Positions 50,501 to 59,798 of a stretch of DNA of 64,000 bases are shown here, in pieces; positions within the stretch are counted from its first letter, which is position 1; every line of letters starts with the position of its first letter. The notes below the pieces were generated by a model. The model saw only the letters and a program-made list of their open reading frames with translations. It did no database searches and had not been told where the DNA came from. The stretch comes from Candidatus Poseidoniaceae archaeon. Its GTDB lineage: Archaea; Thermoplasmatota; Poseidoniia; Poseidoniales; Poseidoniaceae. The stretch is taken from assembly GCA_965662895.1 (NCBI GenBank), contig CBFIJH010000012.1:2491-66490 (forward strand), in the 5' to 3' direction. The position numbers and the translations under genes were made by a program.

Positions 50501-53500
50501 ATGTTCGAAGGTGCTCTGCTCCGACTGCGTAGCCGCTTCCTGTCCAATCTCCACCCTTGAATCCACTGACAAAGCGAGCCGGAAGGCCAGCAGCACGAGC
50601 CATTGTGACGAAGGTTGTCGTAAACTCAGAGCAGGTTCCTTCCTTTGCAATTCCAAGCATGTGCGATGAGAGGTCGTCATCAAGAGGAAGATTGGAACCG
50701 GCAAAATTGAGTTTGAATTCTGTTGTTGAGTTTCCATCTCGCAAGAATGTCTGCAAGGCAAGCGCTTGGTCGTAAGCGTTGACTGCTGATGCCTCATTGA
50801 TGACGGCATTGGTGATGTTGAAGACATTGGATCGTGGGTCGGATAAGTTCGTGTAGTAATCCGGAAGAATCGTTTCGTAATCGTGTCCTTGGCCTGCGAT
50901 ACTCGTACTTGCAAGGGTCGCCCAATCAAAGTAATACTCGGGTTGTTGAACAATGATTTCTTCCACGAAACTTCCCTCAACATCGTAACGATGTGTATCG
51001 TTTGTACGGTACATTTCAGCGCTTGGATCGGCCCAGAAAGAAATATTCGTTGCATAAGCTGGCATTGTTGCGGTACTTTCGTCAATTGGAAGATTGTACT
51101 TTACTTGCCAAACAATCGTTGTGTTGGCAAAACTCGTGCTCGCCATGTGTGTTGAATTCGAATACGGTGCAGTGATCTCTTCTCGTGGGTGAATCGAATC
51201 GTCATGTGCATAGGCGTTTCCTGTGGGGATGTCGTTGGTGTAGGTTCGCCAATATTTTTCTAGACCGAAATCAACGGCCCCTGTTGTATTGTTTGCCCAA
51301 AAGATGACCTCGTCCTGCGGTATGTCATCGGTGGGGTCAAACAAGTTGAAAGGTGCTCCAACACAGTCAAAAATCCAGAACTGAGATGGACACTCAGCAC
51401 CGTCAAGCATGCCTCCTCCATCGGTATCTGGATTTCTCCAGTCCGAACCCGTCGCATTCTCAATTGCATCAGGAAGACCGTCATTATCGAAATCTTCTGG
51501 GAGAAGGTCATCGGACGGATTGTTTTCAGGGTTGGTATTGTCGAAGTATTCAGTTCGATCGTCGACACCCCCGTTATCGGTATCAAAAATCTGGTAATCT
51601 GTAACCCAGACGTCGCTTGAACCGTTTCCTATACCAATGAACGCTAGATTACAGCCCGTCGTGTTTTCGAAATAGGAGTTGAGGCCATCACCATCAGGGT
51701 CCAGCGTGTTGAAACAGGGCTCATTGGGGTCCGTGTTGTCAAAGACCTCATCGAAATCATTGACGCCATCACCATCGGAGTCAACGAGAGTTGGATTTGA
51801 AAACCAACCGTAGGTTCCGAGCAGTTCTTCCCAATCAGCAAGGCCATCACCATCGGTATCCCTGTAATCATCGTCGCAATAGTTGCGAGTTGTCGTAATG
51901 GTTCCATCCTGAGTTGCGGATGTGTGACAGAAGGACCCATTTCTGTTCTCGATGGTTGTCGGTGTGCCGGTAGGCGCTGGGGCTACGCCTTGAAGCGCGT
52001 TGTTCGCAACAGAAATGGATTGATAGGTGAACGTCACAAAGGTTCCCGAAGTGTTGTAGTATCCGATTCCACCGTTTGGATTAAAACCGCTTGCATCCAA
52101 AACAAAGAGTTGGTTGGCAGAACTGAACGAGACATAGCCAGTTGCGAAGTTCACGAGTGAATCGCACGGGTCAGTGCCGTGACTGACGTTGCGTTCATCA
52201 CCATCGTTTACGCCACCAAAGTCCGTGTCAGCGACGTTCCATTCAGTGCACGACAAGTTCTCTTCCCAATTTTGCAAACCATCATTGTCTTCGTCACCAG
52301 AATCCTCTCTTCGTGTTGGATCTGTTTCACCAGGATCGACAACACCGTTTCCGTTTGTATCCTCATCGCCGTCATCGAATGCATCACCATCGGTGTTGTT
52401 GTTTCGAGGGTCAGATGCTTGGGCAGGGTTGCCGTAAGCGCTGTTTATTTCGACACCGTCTGGAATGCCATCGTTGTCGGTGTCACGACTTGTTGGATCG
52501 GTTAACAATGTGAGAGCTTCATAAGAATCATTCAGTCCGTCGCCATCTGAGTCGCTGTTTTGAGGGTTTGTGGAAGTAATGCCATCGACTTCTGCAGTCA
52601 GTGTGGCACATGCACCTGGGCCGATGCCCTGAACCGGGTCACAAGGCGAAACTGTTTCTGTTGGAACGCCATCTGGACCTTGTCGGAAACAAGGGACTCC
52701 GGCACAATTTGTTGTCCATGAAGGGTTCACATACTCCATGAGATTGATGAGCCCATCGCCGTCTGGATCGCCATTGGCTCCGTCAGCATTTGATGGACTG
52801 GTCGCATTGAGACCATTGGCGGCCTCCCAGCCATCAGGCATTCCATCACCATCGGTATCCCAACCGTTTGGATCTTCGTCGACGAGGCCATCACCATCAT
52901 CGTCATCAGAGGAGCAGTCAGCATCTCCATCGTTGTCAGAGTCTGCAGAATCCAGTTGACCATCCTTGTCATCATCAAACCCGTTCGCACAAACGTTTCC
53001 GACTGGATCTTCGTCACATAGAATGGTGTTTCCTGTGCCATCTGAGCCGGTATCGCCACATTTTGGTTGATTGAATTGCATGGAATCTTCTTCGTTCCAA
53101 TCGTTGACAGGGATGGTGCCGTTCCACCAAACGCCGTTGTCGAGAACACCAGTTGTGGCAGGGTTGTCCCAATTCGAAGGTTGGAGATAGGAGTATTCTT
53201 GCAGATTCGACATACCGTCGCCATCAGGATCACCAACTGCTCCATCACCACCTGAAGCAGAGAGGGGATCAAGCCCGTACTTCCATTCCCATCCATCGGG
53301 TAGACCATCATTATCGGAATCCCAATCCGTCGCCGCAGTGTTGATGAGGTATTCGAGACCATACGTCAGGCCATCGCCGTCCAAATCGGATGCCGCACTG
53401 ACCTCCTCAGTTACAAAATCGATTGCAGTCAATGTTGAAAGAATCATCAGTGCGACCAAAAAGACAGACTGCGCCACTGTTCGGCGTTGCGAACGGTCGG

Positions 53501-53549
53501 TTTTGACCACGGCAATGGAGCCGGTTTTCAGCGTGCCCGCTTCAATCAT
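44598..53549 (-). CDS. Giant surface protein: TSP3-like Ca-binding repeats, transglutaminase-like domain, Ig-like repeats, TM helix and a DUF4129-like cytoplasmic domain
   Basis: DxDxDG repeats; GTCSEF...ARAAGLPARFVSGF...WGEV...GWVPFDP; TM WTYVALVFVAAAIALGTVLY; ETVREF...FEMARYS. Confidence 0.9.
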   Translation of the reverse strand: MIEAGTLKTGSIAVVKTDRSQRRTVAQSVFLVALMILSTLTAIDFVTEEVSAASDLDGDGLTYGLEYLINTAATDWDSDNDGLPDGWEWKYGLDPLSASGGDGAVGDPDGDGMSNLQEYSYLQPSNWDNPATTGVLDNGVWWNGTIPVNDWNEEDSMQFNQPKCGDTGSDGTGNTILCDEDPVGNVCANGFDDDKDGQLDSADSDNDGDADCSSDDDDGDGLVDEDPNGWDTDGDGMPDGWEAANGLNATSPSNADGANGDPDGDGLINLMEYVNPSWTTNCAGVPCFRQGPDGVPTETVSPCDPVQGIGPGACATLTAEVDGITSTNPQNSDSDGDGLNDSYEALTLLTDPTSRDTDNDGIPDGVEINSAYGNPAQASDPRNNNTDGDAFDDGDEDTNGNGVVDPGETDPTRREDSGDEDNDGLQNWEENLSCTEWNVADTDFGGVNDGDERNVSHGTDPCDSLVNFATGYVSFSSANQLFVLDASGFNPNGGIGYYNTSGTFVTFTYQSISVANNALQGVAPAPTGTPTTIENRNGSFCHTSATQDGTITTTRNYCDDDYRDTDGDGLADWEELLGTYGWFSNPTLVDSDGDGVNDFDEVFDNTDPNEPCFNTLDPDGDGLNSYFENTTGCNLAFIGIGNGSSDVWVTDYQIFDTDNGGVDDRTEYFDNTNPENNPSDDLLPEDFDNDGLPDAIENATGSDWRNPDTDGGGMLDGAECPSQFWIFDCVGAPFNLFDPTDDIPQDEVIFWANNTTGAVDFGLEKYWRTYTNDIPTGNAYAHDDSIHPREEITAPYSNSTHMASTSFANTTIVWQVKYNLPIDESTATMPAYATNISFWADPSAEMYRTNDTHRYDVEGSFVEEIIVQQPEYYFDWATLASTSIAGQGHDYETILPDYYTNLSDPRSNVFNITNAVINEASAVNAYDQALALQTFLRDGNSTTEFKLNFAGSNLPLDDDLSSHMLGIAKEGTCSEFTTTFVTMARAAGLPARFVSGFKGGDWTGSGYAVGAEHLRTWGEVRLQQSASSGGLDFGWVPFDPCPDAEEIDVRNVVYTPTNYDRDGTDGNITIAGNLVFLENQTAIEDHIVRAYLVPLVDAFEGVSGLGTPERLIEINSTDPNGFFSIEGAPDEIIQPGFGAILLQLEERGYVSSQTILTPNSTATGPSNSWWFNVTDDSTLNHTSPGAVDAPIVGAGATTIIEGFIGLENEPYFGSPLLENSTVWLSFVSSVDGAQNLTAQVSSAGTWSLEVSLDELETKTNLSATLGYAGWVQTADGIPSPAHHLLPSDQPFVLDVRDAPNLTATLEGPGTNSSLLLLNDTIWVNGSALTIGPSPTGMSGDLSLSIRENNTGVGWTEVFNRSINGNFNIQHYLNASNISVAAGELEVRLRFYPDLYESTDDANLSVSEPFTLVGLLNFEIIAIPQLRGEPTDILVQLSDHLGAEVGLTVPGNYSFTFDGTWVNTTTDPPSSLVSVSWLLDSTLRAGDYPFDIQFNGSNLYQPANASGSIRVQAEVGWNLSLVQDWTHLGNTTYIVGDIFDAQYTAERVLGNDTIIAATLVTSDGLPVDLASGMLNNSTGEFNLSVVMPTNLPSNTYFAAMIFDFDAMAPDGGAYYRLVDSSVPPNPPTLPGLNIGIESEFVVKSDRNPINFVAGEEVPLNATVFDVADQSNISGVTVQYIWDFGNTNQSIGTAVTDAEGNASFTWLTSNLAPGDYVLQILVADDLTDPLAEGNSRRTGNSTLVDVTVQVPTDIRIDNLPSTITAGVPFSLEGQILDDDDNTRALISGVRLDVYWQSNPEELLRSGVPTLSNGSFNLSVPTDTSNNGTVRGPRTLVVQVVEDSSPYYLPSNVSSAVFVFGVTQLEGLQPSNPVLINRGETVNLSATLVESSFNFQPLANRDVTTKFHETWIPTVQTDGSGTANTSFAIPSSHPLGLIVVSFYYNGSSDLLPSQSNLSSVTVRALTFMVVDQITDNPVAGSSFNVSGRVVSDNGSGLMNRDGSRLITNVLFTIDDLPAGFAVSNGSVQDGGWWNATITLTPSFVAGTHILEASIVPTVNFYIGSKNNSTFDSRGFSSILFIQPALDALGQPSLNDRTIRGNLLDVRILLEDNTGAPIDGQQVTLSLPATNATDEVSVTVTTLANGTAVGSLLVPFNASVGIHDVLASYNGIPGTTGLIGYNTSTEFVTLSQTNMTILNHTESLVAGEMLYVNGTLLDDLDMPLYVNGVESVAIARLFIDGVPVASVQTDAMTGAYAISYLVPESTTSGPHMVEVRFTGGRDWVDPVGIGDSVDPEFYMPSSATVDFNVSVPTQILLITATGEVDREDTMTIQGRLLDVVDNPLQDLSIDIYLGGVWMTDVTTNETGLFTAIIPIPADADLGPLSLETRFNGSVFYLPSEASGTWTVYSQILVTVSVPSPLAVTDTTLITGSVSDNQLQPIEGHVVELTVDGFILTQVTTGADGTFSYDWTVQEFFNFGDNLLEANVLAQGYYREGSANQTFFLAHRSAMNLDFDDGVDATRGDFWTFSGRLYDIDSVDQDGIDGESVLVYLDGTYISTLTTGSDGSFSGQVYANMELERGNGHTIQLVFEGTQEHLSTTTNGTVTVWSDIVITIDSTSSSQSVRSDPSNQIRLTGSVAEIGGIGEVFEDIVVYVGNGSNCVNNFEGAVCFEEVTVDWDIGNFSIRATSPKTLLPGAQFISLDVPRDSSLYFNAASESHPIYIKVNADIEIFVDTIEENVDEKVDGRVTITAVDTQTGLAGIAVEFYLYAENGTQLAAMTSLSDEEGIASFAFNSDPPYGDASVFGQVRLDILITDPRLSDQTLDIFESQRDAGFTPNYQFEAEASEVSPWTYVALVFVAAAIALGTVLYRQRRQNELLSEMAEVFEYTAELLAAGDAIRESIFNCYQNLCSTLQTRGLLRRDFETVREFEVAIRQATPGISDEALESLDNMFEMARYSREELGPSHQQSAQGALDKMITELSYKKY

Positions 53550-53603
53550 AGACTACGGTCTTCATAATAGCACATAAGGGAAATGGTACGTTGTTCATAC
53601 AAA

Positions 53604-56474
53604 CTACGATTCGCCTTCAGCCGTTTCGATGTCAATAAGTTCCAACTCAAGGTCATCAAATTCCTCTTCTTGGGGTTCTTCGCCAAGATCTTCAATCTCG
53701 AGCTCTTCCGTACCGACAGATTCGACCAAACCAGGTTCAACCATTGCTGCATACATCTGTGCCTTGACTTTGTACTGTCCTCGACGGTACAGGCCAAATC
53801 CTGCAAGGACAAGAACCGAGACAAACAGAACGATTGTTGTTGGCTCAGGATCTTCGATTTCGCTCATGACCGAATTTAGGAGACCTGAACTCTCAGTCTT
53901 AAACTCAAAGGTTGGCTTTTGAATGTAACACAGACTTGCTGTACATTCTTGATAACTTGTGGGTGTAACTGTGAGTTCAAACTCAACAATTTCACCGCTC
54001 TTTACTTTGTCAGGAGCAGTGATTTGCATCGTAAAGTCATCCGAAGAAAACGCATCGAGAGTGAACGATATGATTTCACCATCATCAAGCGTTGCATCCC
54101 AACCATCAGGAGCTTTGACTGAAACAACAACGTCGACTTCGACGTTGTTGAGATTATCAATTCGATAGTCGAGATCAATGGTCTGTCCAGAGCCAACGAG
54201 TGAGGTTTGCGATTTTTGTTCAATGACGAGGTTCCCCGGGATGACTTCCTCATCGACTTCAATCGTCAGCGGCAAATCGAAGTATCGAGGGTCCTCCTCA
54301 CCATCGGATTCTTCGGCAACTTGCAAGTAGACAACATGAACCCCCGCCTCAACCTGTTGACGGATGGTTACTTCAACTTCGATGTCGAAGTATTGACCTC
54401 CTGTTAGCGGAGCGACGAGAGCGATGTTGCCTTCGATGTCCGTGATTTCATACAACCATGTCGCATATCCCGGGTCGTTGTCGATGTTTCGTTGCAACGC
54501 AGCAGGGTTTTTGATCACCCAATTCGTTGTTCCAGCATCATCAGAAGAATCCGTAATCCGCACGTTGTAGGTGACGGTTGAACCTGGTGAAACTGGACCA
54601 ATTTGACCCAGAACACCGCCATCCGAATCTGAGATTACCTCGCCAACGATTCCGAACGTCCGGTGGACAGTCCAAGCAACCGACGTGGTAAACACCTCCT
54701 CAGCGCTGTTATCGGACGTGACGCTCAATCGAAGCAATCCTATGTCGACAGCATCGCGTTCAAACGGAGGGTAAATCTCGACCTTCACAACAAGTTTCTC
54801 GCCCTGACCAATGGTTGGTGTTAGCGAATCAATACCCTGCTCTGTGAGTTCTGCCCCGGTTCCGTTGATCAGGAATTTCACGCTCCAAGCAACCGGAATT
54901 TCCTGAATACGAATACGATAACTGTCGTCATCAAATCCGACGTTGTTGATGTTCATGTAGAAATCGCCAACTTTGTCATAGTCAATGTAATGGGATAGGT
55001 TTTCGTTGTACAACTCTGGCCGGTCGGATGAAAAGATCTGTTTTTGTTGTTCAACATCTTCAAAGACATCAATCGACGGTGGTCCAAATTGGTTCACTTT
55101 CTCAACGTCGATTGCAATGGATTTGAGACGAACCTGTGACCCGCTGTCCGCTCCGGTTGTTGCGTATGCATAGGCTTCGACAACGATTTGATAGGAATCT
55201 GAAAGAGAACTCAAATCTTCGGGTGCCTGAACTGTCAGAAGTGGACGGGCAGATGAACCTCCTCCACTCAGCGTGTAACCGCCAGGATTATCCCAATTTG
55301 GATCGGACCATCCAGAAGGAAGCGATTGTTGCAGTTCCATTTCGACTCTCAGGTCGGAGGTCAAGGAGCCCGTGTGCAACAACGAAAGTTCGATTGCAGA
55401 AGTCTGTCCTGGTGCGACCAGCAGTTTCGGTATTTGAGTCGCTGGGAATTCAATATAAATGTCGTATTCAAGGAAGGTTATGCCTTCGGGATGCAGATAT
55501 TCGATGACGTGACCTTGTACATCCGTAATCAACAACCGTAGAGGATATTCTCCGTGCGTGATTCCTGATTCATAGGTGTACGTATAGGTTCCAACCAACC
55601 CGTCGTTATCCAATTTCAATTCCTCAGATTTGTCCGGGTCAAATTCCTTTTCAAAAACTGCAGATGCTTCGTTTGGGGTTGAGAGAATTAATTCGACAGA
55701 TTCGATATCATCTCGTCCGAATGCGTCGCGTATGTCGACTGTAAACTGCATCTCTCGCTTCTCGGAGCGATGCGTCGGTGACCATTCAGTAACTTCTGTC
55801 TCACTCCAGCCATCGCCAACTTCGTGAACCTTCACCTGAGATCCCTCGAGTGCGTTTGCACGGAATTCCATGCGAGAAAAGCCATTTCCGACCTCACCTC
55901 CATGTGCCAGTATTACGTCACAATTTGAACCAAATCCTCCTTGGCCTTCGCACGAGGCAGTCGCTTCAATGTCGATTTTCAATCGATCTCCGCTCTCGAT
56001 GTCGTAGCCTTCTCCAACGTCGAGGTTAATCTGATAAGGGAGCCAGGAACACGAATTAAAAAATCCACCGCAAGGATTGTCCAGCGTCTCCGTAAATTGT
56101 TTTATCAAATTTGAGCCAGCATACAGCTTGAAAGTTACATCAGCCGTTGCATTGGCTGTTGTGCTTTCGAATTGCATGTAGGCAAACACTCGCACCTCAG
56201 AAGATGATTTTCCTTCAATGGTCAAATCTGAAATCAATTCAATTGTTTGAAAAACAACTCCCGAACCAAGCAATGTGGTTTCTTCATAAGACCCCTCAGG
56301 CTCTGTTGTCGTCAGTGTAGTGCCGGTTCCGAGAAACAACTCATAATCCTCAAGCGACCCACCAACCGGCATGACTTCATCGTCGATAGCAAGAACATCC
56401 ACCGGGTTGCTCAACGGCAGAAGTGAGAATAGTAACGCAATCAAAACTGCAGGTACGAAGCGATTCGAAGACAT
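53604..56474 (-). CDS. Large surface protein with Ig-like/CARDB-type domains, C-terminal TM and an acidic tail
   Basis: Signal peptide, beta-rich repeats (LPSGW, APDGW), TM IVLFVSVLVLAGFGLY. Confidence 0.8.
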   Translation of the reverse strand: MSSNRFVPAVLIALLFSLLPLSNPVDVLAIDDEVMPVGGSLEDYELFLGTGTTLTTTEPEGSYEETTLLGSGVVFQTIELISDLTIEGKSSSEVRVFAYMQFESTTANATADVTFKLYAGSNLIKQFTETLDNPCGGFFNSCSWLPYQINLDVGEGYDIESGDRLKIDIEATASCEGQGGFGSNCDVILAHGGEVGNGFSRMEFRANALEGSQVKVHEVGDGWSETEVTEWSPTHRSEKREMQFTVDIRDAFGRDDIESVELILSTPNEASAVFEKEFDPDKSEELKLDNDGLVGTYTYTYESGITHGEYPLRLLITDVQGHVIEYLHPEGITFLEYDIYIEFPATQIPKLLVAPGQTSAIELSLLHTGSLTSDLRVEMELQQSLPSGWSDPNWDNPGGYTLSGGGSSARPLLTVQAPEDLSSLSDSYQIVVEAYAYATTGADSGSQVRLKSIAIDVEKVNQFGPPSIDVFEDVEQQKQIFSSDRPELYNENLSHYIDYDKVGDFYMNINNVGFDDDSYRIRIQEIPVAWSVKFLINGTGAELTEQGIDSLTPTIGQGEKLVVKVEIYPPFERDAVDIGLLRLSVTSDNSAEEVFTTSVAWTVHRTFGIVGEVISDSDGGVLGQIGPVSPGSTVTYNVRITDSSDDAGTTNWVIKNPAALQRNIDNDPGYATWLYEITDIEGNIALVAPLTGGQYFDIEVEVTIRQQVEAGVHVVYLQVAEESDGEEDPRYFDLPLTIEVDEEVIPGNLVIEQKSQTSLVGSGQTIDLDYRIDNLNNVEVDVVVSVKAPDGWDATLDDGEIISFTLDAFSSDDFTMQITAPDKVKSGEIVEFELTVTPTSYQECTASLCYIQKPTFEFKTESSGLLNSVMSEIEDPEPTTIVLFVSVLVLAGFGLYRRGQYKVKAQMYAAMVEPGLVESVGTEELEIEDLGEEPQEEEFDDLELELIDIETAEGES

Positions 56475-56567
56475 AGTCATGACATCCCTCATCACGTGGG
56501 AAGCGAGCAGGCGTTAAACGGTTTTGCATAAAATGTTCAGACAATCGGTGTTCAATCACACCGAATT

Positions 56568-56654
56568 TGGTATCGAGGGAGGGATTTGAACCCTCGAACC
56601 CATCTGGGACCGGATCTTAAGCCCGGCGCCTTTGACCACCTCAGCCACCTCGAT
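56568..56654 (-). tRNA. tRNA-Leu (anticodon UAA), CCA encoded
   Basis: ATCGAGGTGGCTGAGGTGGTCAAAGGCGCCGGGCTTAAGATCCGGTCCCAGATGGGTTCGAGGGTTCAAATCCCTCCCTCGATACCA; long variable arm. Confidence 0.93.
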
Positions 56655-56685
56655 GGTGCGGGGACTGGTAACCTGTATGAAACCC

Positions 56686-57426
56686 TTACGAAGAATTGAG
56701 GGCCCAACCGCCATCAACGAACAATTCTTGACCAGTGAGGTAAGGTGAGGTTGCAAAGAAAAACACGGCCCCTGCAACATCTTCAACGTCACCTGAACGC
56801 TTCAAAGGGATGGATTGTATGATTTTTGCAAAGTGTTCATGCTCCCAATCGGCGGACAACACGGCGCCTGGTGCAACGCAATTGACGCGAACGCTCGGCG
56901 CATATTCCCCAGCGAGGTTGACCATCAATTGGCGAAGACCTGCCTTGCTTGAGGTGTAGTGAGAGAGTTGTTCCCATGCCTTTCCTGCTGAAGTATCGGT
57001 CATTCCGATAATCGAACCATTGACTGACGTCAACAAATGAACCAATCCTTGTGAGATTTGCAACGGTGCTTCAACGTGCAGCCGATTGAGAAACCGCATC
57101 GTTTCCAAAGTTAATGCTTCGATGGGTGTTTGCGTATACACCGAAGCGTTGTGGACAAGAACGTCCAACCCGTTACGTTCTTTGACAAATGGATGACCGA
57201 CAACCAAATCGATGAATTGTTGCGTGTCACTTTCACTCGACAAATCAGCCTTGAGAAGATCTGCTTGGTATCCCTGTTGAAGGAGCTCTGATTTGAGGGA
57301 CTCACCAGCTTCAACCGACGTTGCGACGTGAATGAGGACTGCGTATCCTTCGGCGGCGAATTTTCTGATAATTGCTGCACCGATACGTCGACCACTTCCA
57401 GTCACGAGACACACTTTCGCTGGCAT
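56686..57426 (-). CDS. Pteridine reductase-like SDR oxidoreductase (FolM/PTR1 type)
   Basis: TGSGRRIG, HNAS, YTSSK, VNCVAPG, YLTGQELFVDGG. Confidence 0.85.
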   Translation of the reverse strand: MPAKVCLVTGSGRRIGAAIIRKFAAEGYAVLIHVATSVEAGESLKSELLQQGYQADLLKADLSSESDTQQFIDLVVGHPFVKERNGLDVLVHNASVYTQTPIEALTLETMRFLNRLHVEAPLQISQGLVHLLTSVNGSIIGMTDTSAGKAWEQLSHYTSSKAGLRQLMVNLAGEYAPSVRVNCVAPGAVLSADWEHEHFAKIIQSIPLKRSGDVEDVAGAVFFFATSPYLTGQELFVDGGWALNSS

Positions 57427-57542
57427 AGAAATGCCTCATCTTCATCACACATATAGGCTCGTATCCCCGCAAAACCTTGTTCTGCTCGCCAGCGCACCTT
57501 TTTGATGTTCATTCATGTCGCTTGCAACAGGGGGAGCAGAGG

Positions 57543-58556
57543 ATGGCCAGGAATCTCAAAATGGCGAGCCAAAAACCTGCACGTGCAAGGCTCCCTCCAT
57601 GGTTTCGAACGAAACTCCCTTCTGGCGATCAACAAACGATGTTCAATGATACAATGGACGCTGTCAAAGACAACCAACTCCATACTGTTTGCCAAGAAGC
57701 AAAATGTCCCAACATTCACGAATGCTGGTCAAGTGGCGATGCAACCTTCATGATTGCTGGGAAAGAGTGCACACGAGGCTGTCGATTTTGTGCAGTCGGG
57801 ACTCGAAAAACGCCTCCTCCACTTGACGAGAATGAGCCGAAACATCTCGCTGATGCTGTCGCATCAATGAATCTCCGTCATGCAGTCATTACAGTGGTTA
57901 ATCGCGATGATTTGGAGGATTCAGCTGCAGACCATTACAAAAAGTGTCTTGCCGAGGTATCAGAGCGATGTCCAGAGGTGAGTTTGGAATTGCTCTGCTC
58001 GGACTTGGCAGGTGACCTTGATGACCTAGCACACCTCCTTGAGGACAGTCCGTTGTTGGTGTTTGCCCATAATGTCGAATGTGTTCCTCGGCTCGATTCG
58101 GTCGTTCGAGACCCAAGGGCATCGTTTGAGCAATCGCTCTCTATTCTTCGAGAAGCAAAACGGCTGCGTCCGGATATGTTAACAAAATCATCGCTCATGG
58201 TCGGCGTTGGTGAAACCGATGAGGAAATCGTTGAAGCCATGCAACTTCTCCGTGATGCTGGTGTCGATTTGCTGACCATCGGGCAGTATCTTGCTCCATC
58301 GAAAAATCATCTCGCAATCGATCGATTCCCTGACCCTGAACTTTACGATATCTGGGCTCAGAAAGCAATTGAAATGGGTTTTTCCGGTGTGGCAAGTGGG
58401 CCTTTGGTTCGCTCCTCCTACAAAGCAGGCTTGTTGACGAGAAAAACTCTTGATGAAAACAATACAGAAGAAATGCCCGGAGCCTATGTGTTGGTTGGGC
58501 CCAAACCCGCGAACCGTCATGCCTTAATGCCGAGTCATGGTGAGGTGGAACAATGA
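57543..58556 (+). CDS. lipA: Lipoyl synthase
   Basis: TVCQEAKCPNIHEC, CTRGCRFC, HNVE, GQYL, PLVRSSY. Confidence 0.95.
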   Translation: MARNLKMASQKPARARLPPWFRTKLPSGDQQTMFNDTMDAVKDNQLHTVCQEAKCPNIHECWSSGDATFMIAGKECTRGCRFCAVGTRKTPPPLDENEPKHLADAVASMNLRHAVITVVNRDDLEDSAADHYKKCLAEVSERCPEVSLELLCSDLAGDLDDLAHLLEDSPLLVFAHNVECVPRLDSVVRDPRASFEQSLSILREAKRLRPDMLTKSSLMVGVGETDEEIVEAMQLLRDAGVDLLTIGQYLAPSKNHLAIDRFPDPELYDIWAQKAIEMGFSGVASGPLVRSSYKAGLLTRKTLDENNTEEMPGAYVLVGPKPANRHALMPSHGEVEQ

Positions 58557-59794
58557 CGGAACGATTAACGGCTACAACTGCCCCGTATACCATCGGTATT
58601 CCGCCGTTCCGGCCAGGGGAAGAAGCAGACTTTGGCGGCTCTTTCAAGGAACAACCGGGCGACCTTTGGCGGCCGGACCCTGCAAGCTGTTCATCCGACG
58701 ATACTGCACCTCACGCTCGTGGGCTTCTTCGCGTCTTGAACGACAAAGGGGAAGCAAAAGGAGAATGGAATCCCAATCTCGATGCAAGCGAACTAATTCA
58801 AGGCCTGGAGTACATGATGCGCCTACGAATCTTCGACGACCGCATGATCAAGATGCAACGAACCGGAAAACTCTCCTTTTACATGCGATCGTTTGGCGAG
58901 GAAGCTGTTGCAATCGCTCAAACCATGGCTCTTGAAACCCAAGATTGGGTTTTCCCTTCCTATCGCCAACCAGGCGCTCAATTTGTTCGTGGACGTGACA
59001 TGGTCAGCATGATTTGCCATTGCATTGGCAATACGGAAGACAACGTCCGAGGACGTCAAATGCCCGTTCACTACACATACAAAGAAGGACGATTTATCTC
59101 GATCTCATCGCCTGTCGGCACCCAATTCTCACAAGCGGTTGGGGTTGCTATGGCAAGTGCGTACCAAAACAAGGATGAGGTCTGCATCTCTTGGCTCGGC
59201 GATGGAACCTCTGCCCAAGGTGACTACCATTACGCGTTGAACTTTGCTTCAACATTCAAGCCACCTGTGATTCTCAACGTCGTCAACAACCAGTGGGCCA
59301 TATCGACACACGCAAACCTCGCAACAGGCGGTCGAACCTTCGCAGAACGCGGACTCGCCTACGACATTCCTTCGTTCCGAGTCGATGGAAACGATTTCCT
59401 TGCCCTCTACAGCATAACGAAATGGGCTCGCGACCGAGCAAGCGCTGGAATGGGTCCAACACACATCGAAGTGTACACATACCGTGCAGGAGCCCACTCC
59501 TCCTCGGACGACCCATCCGCATACCGGCCAAACGATGAAGCATCCTGCTGGCCTGGTGGCGATCCAATTCAAAGGCTGAAAGACCATCTCGTGCTCATTG
59601 GCGAATGGGATGAAGACAAACACGAAGCCCTCGCACAAAAAATCGATGACGAGGTCATGGCCGCGTACAAAGAAGCATGCGAATTCGGCGATCTTGCATC
59701 AGGACCATACCCGCCTGCATCAACCATCTTCACAGAAGTCTACGAGACTGTACCTTGGCACATCCAAGAGCAGCGAGAGGAGCTAGGGAAGTGA
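58553..59794 (+). CDS. bkdA1: Branched-chain 2-oxoacid dehydrogenase E1 alpha
   Basis: QRTGKLSFY, GRQMPVHY, TPP motif GDG...NNQWAIST, HSSSDDPSAYR. Confidence 0.92.
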   Translation: MTERLTATTAPYTIGIPPFRPGEEADFGGSFKEQPGDLWRPDPASCSSDDTAPHARGLLRVLNDKGEAKGEWNPNLDASELIQGLEYMMRLRIFDDRMIKMQRTGKLSFYMRSFGEEAVAIAQTMALETQDWVFPSYRQPGAQFVRGRDMVSMICHCIGNTEDNVRGRQMPVHYTYKEGRFISISSPVGTQFSQAVGVAMASAYQNKDEVCISWLGDGTSAQGDYHYALNFASTFKPPVILNVVNNQWAISTHANLATGGRTFAERGLAYDIPSFRVDGNDFLALYSITKWARDRASAGMGPTHIEVYTYRAGAHSSSDDPSAYRPNDEASCWPGGDPIQRLKDHLVLIGEWDEDKHEALAQKIDDEVMAAYKEACEFGDLASGPYPPASTIFTEVYETVPWHIQEQREELGK

Positions 59795-59798
59795 GATC

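Noticed and set aside
44598-56654. Genomic island integrated at tRNA-Leu
   Set aside because: I saw no integrase, no duplicated tRNA 3' end and no obvious compositional shift.
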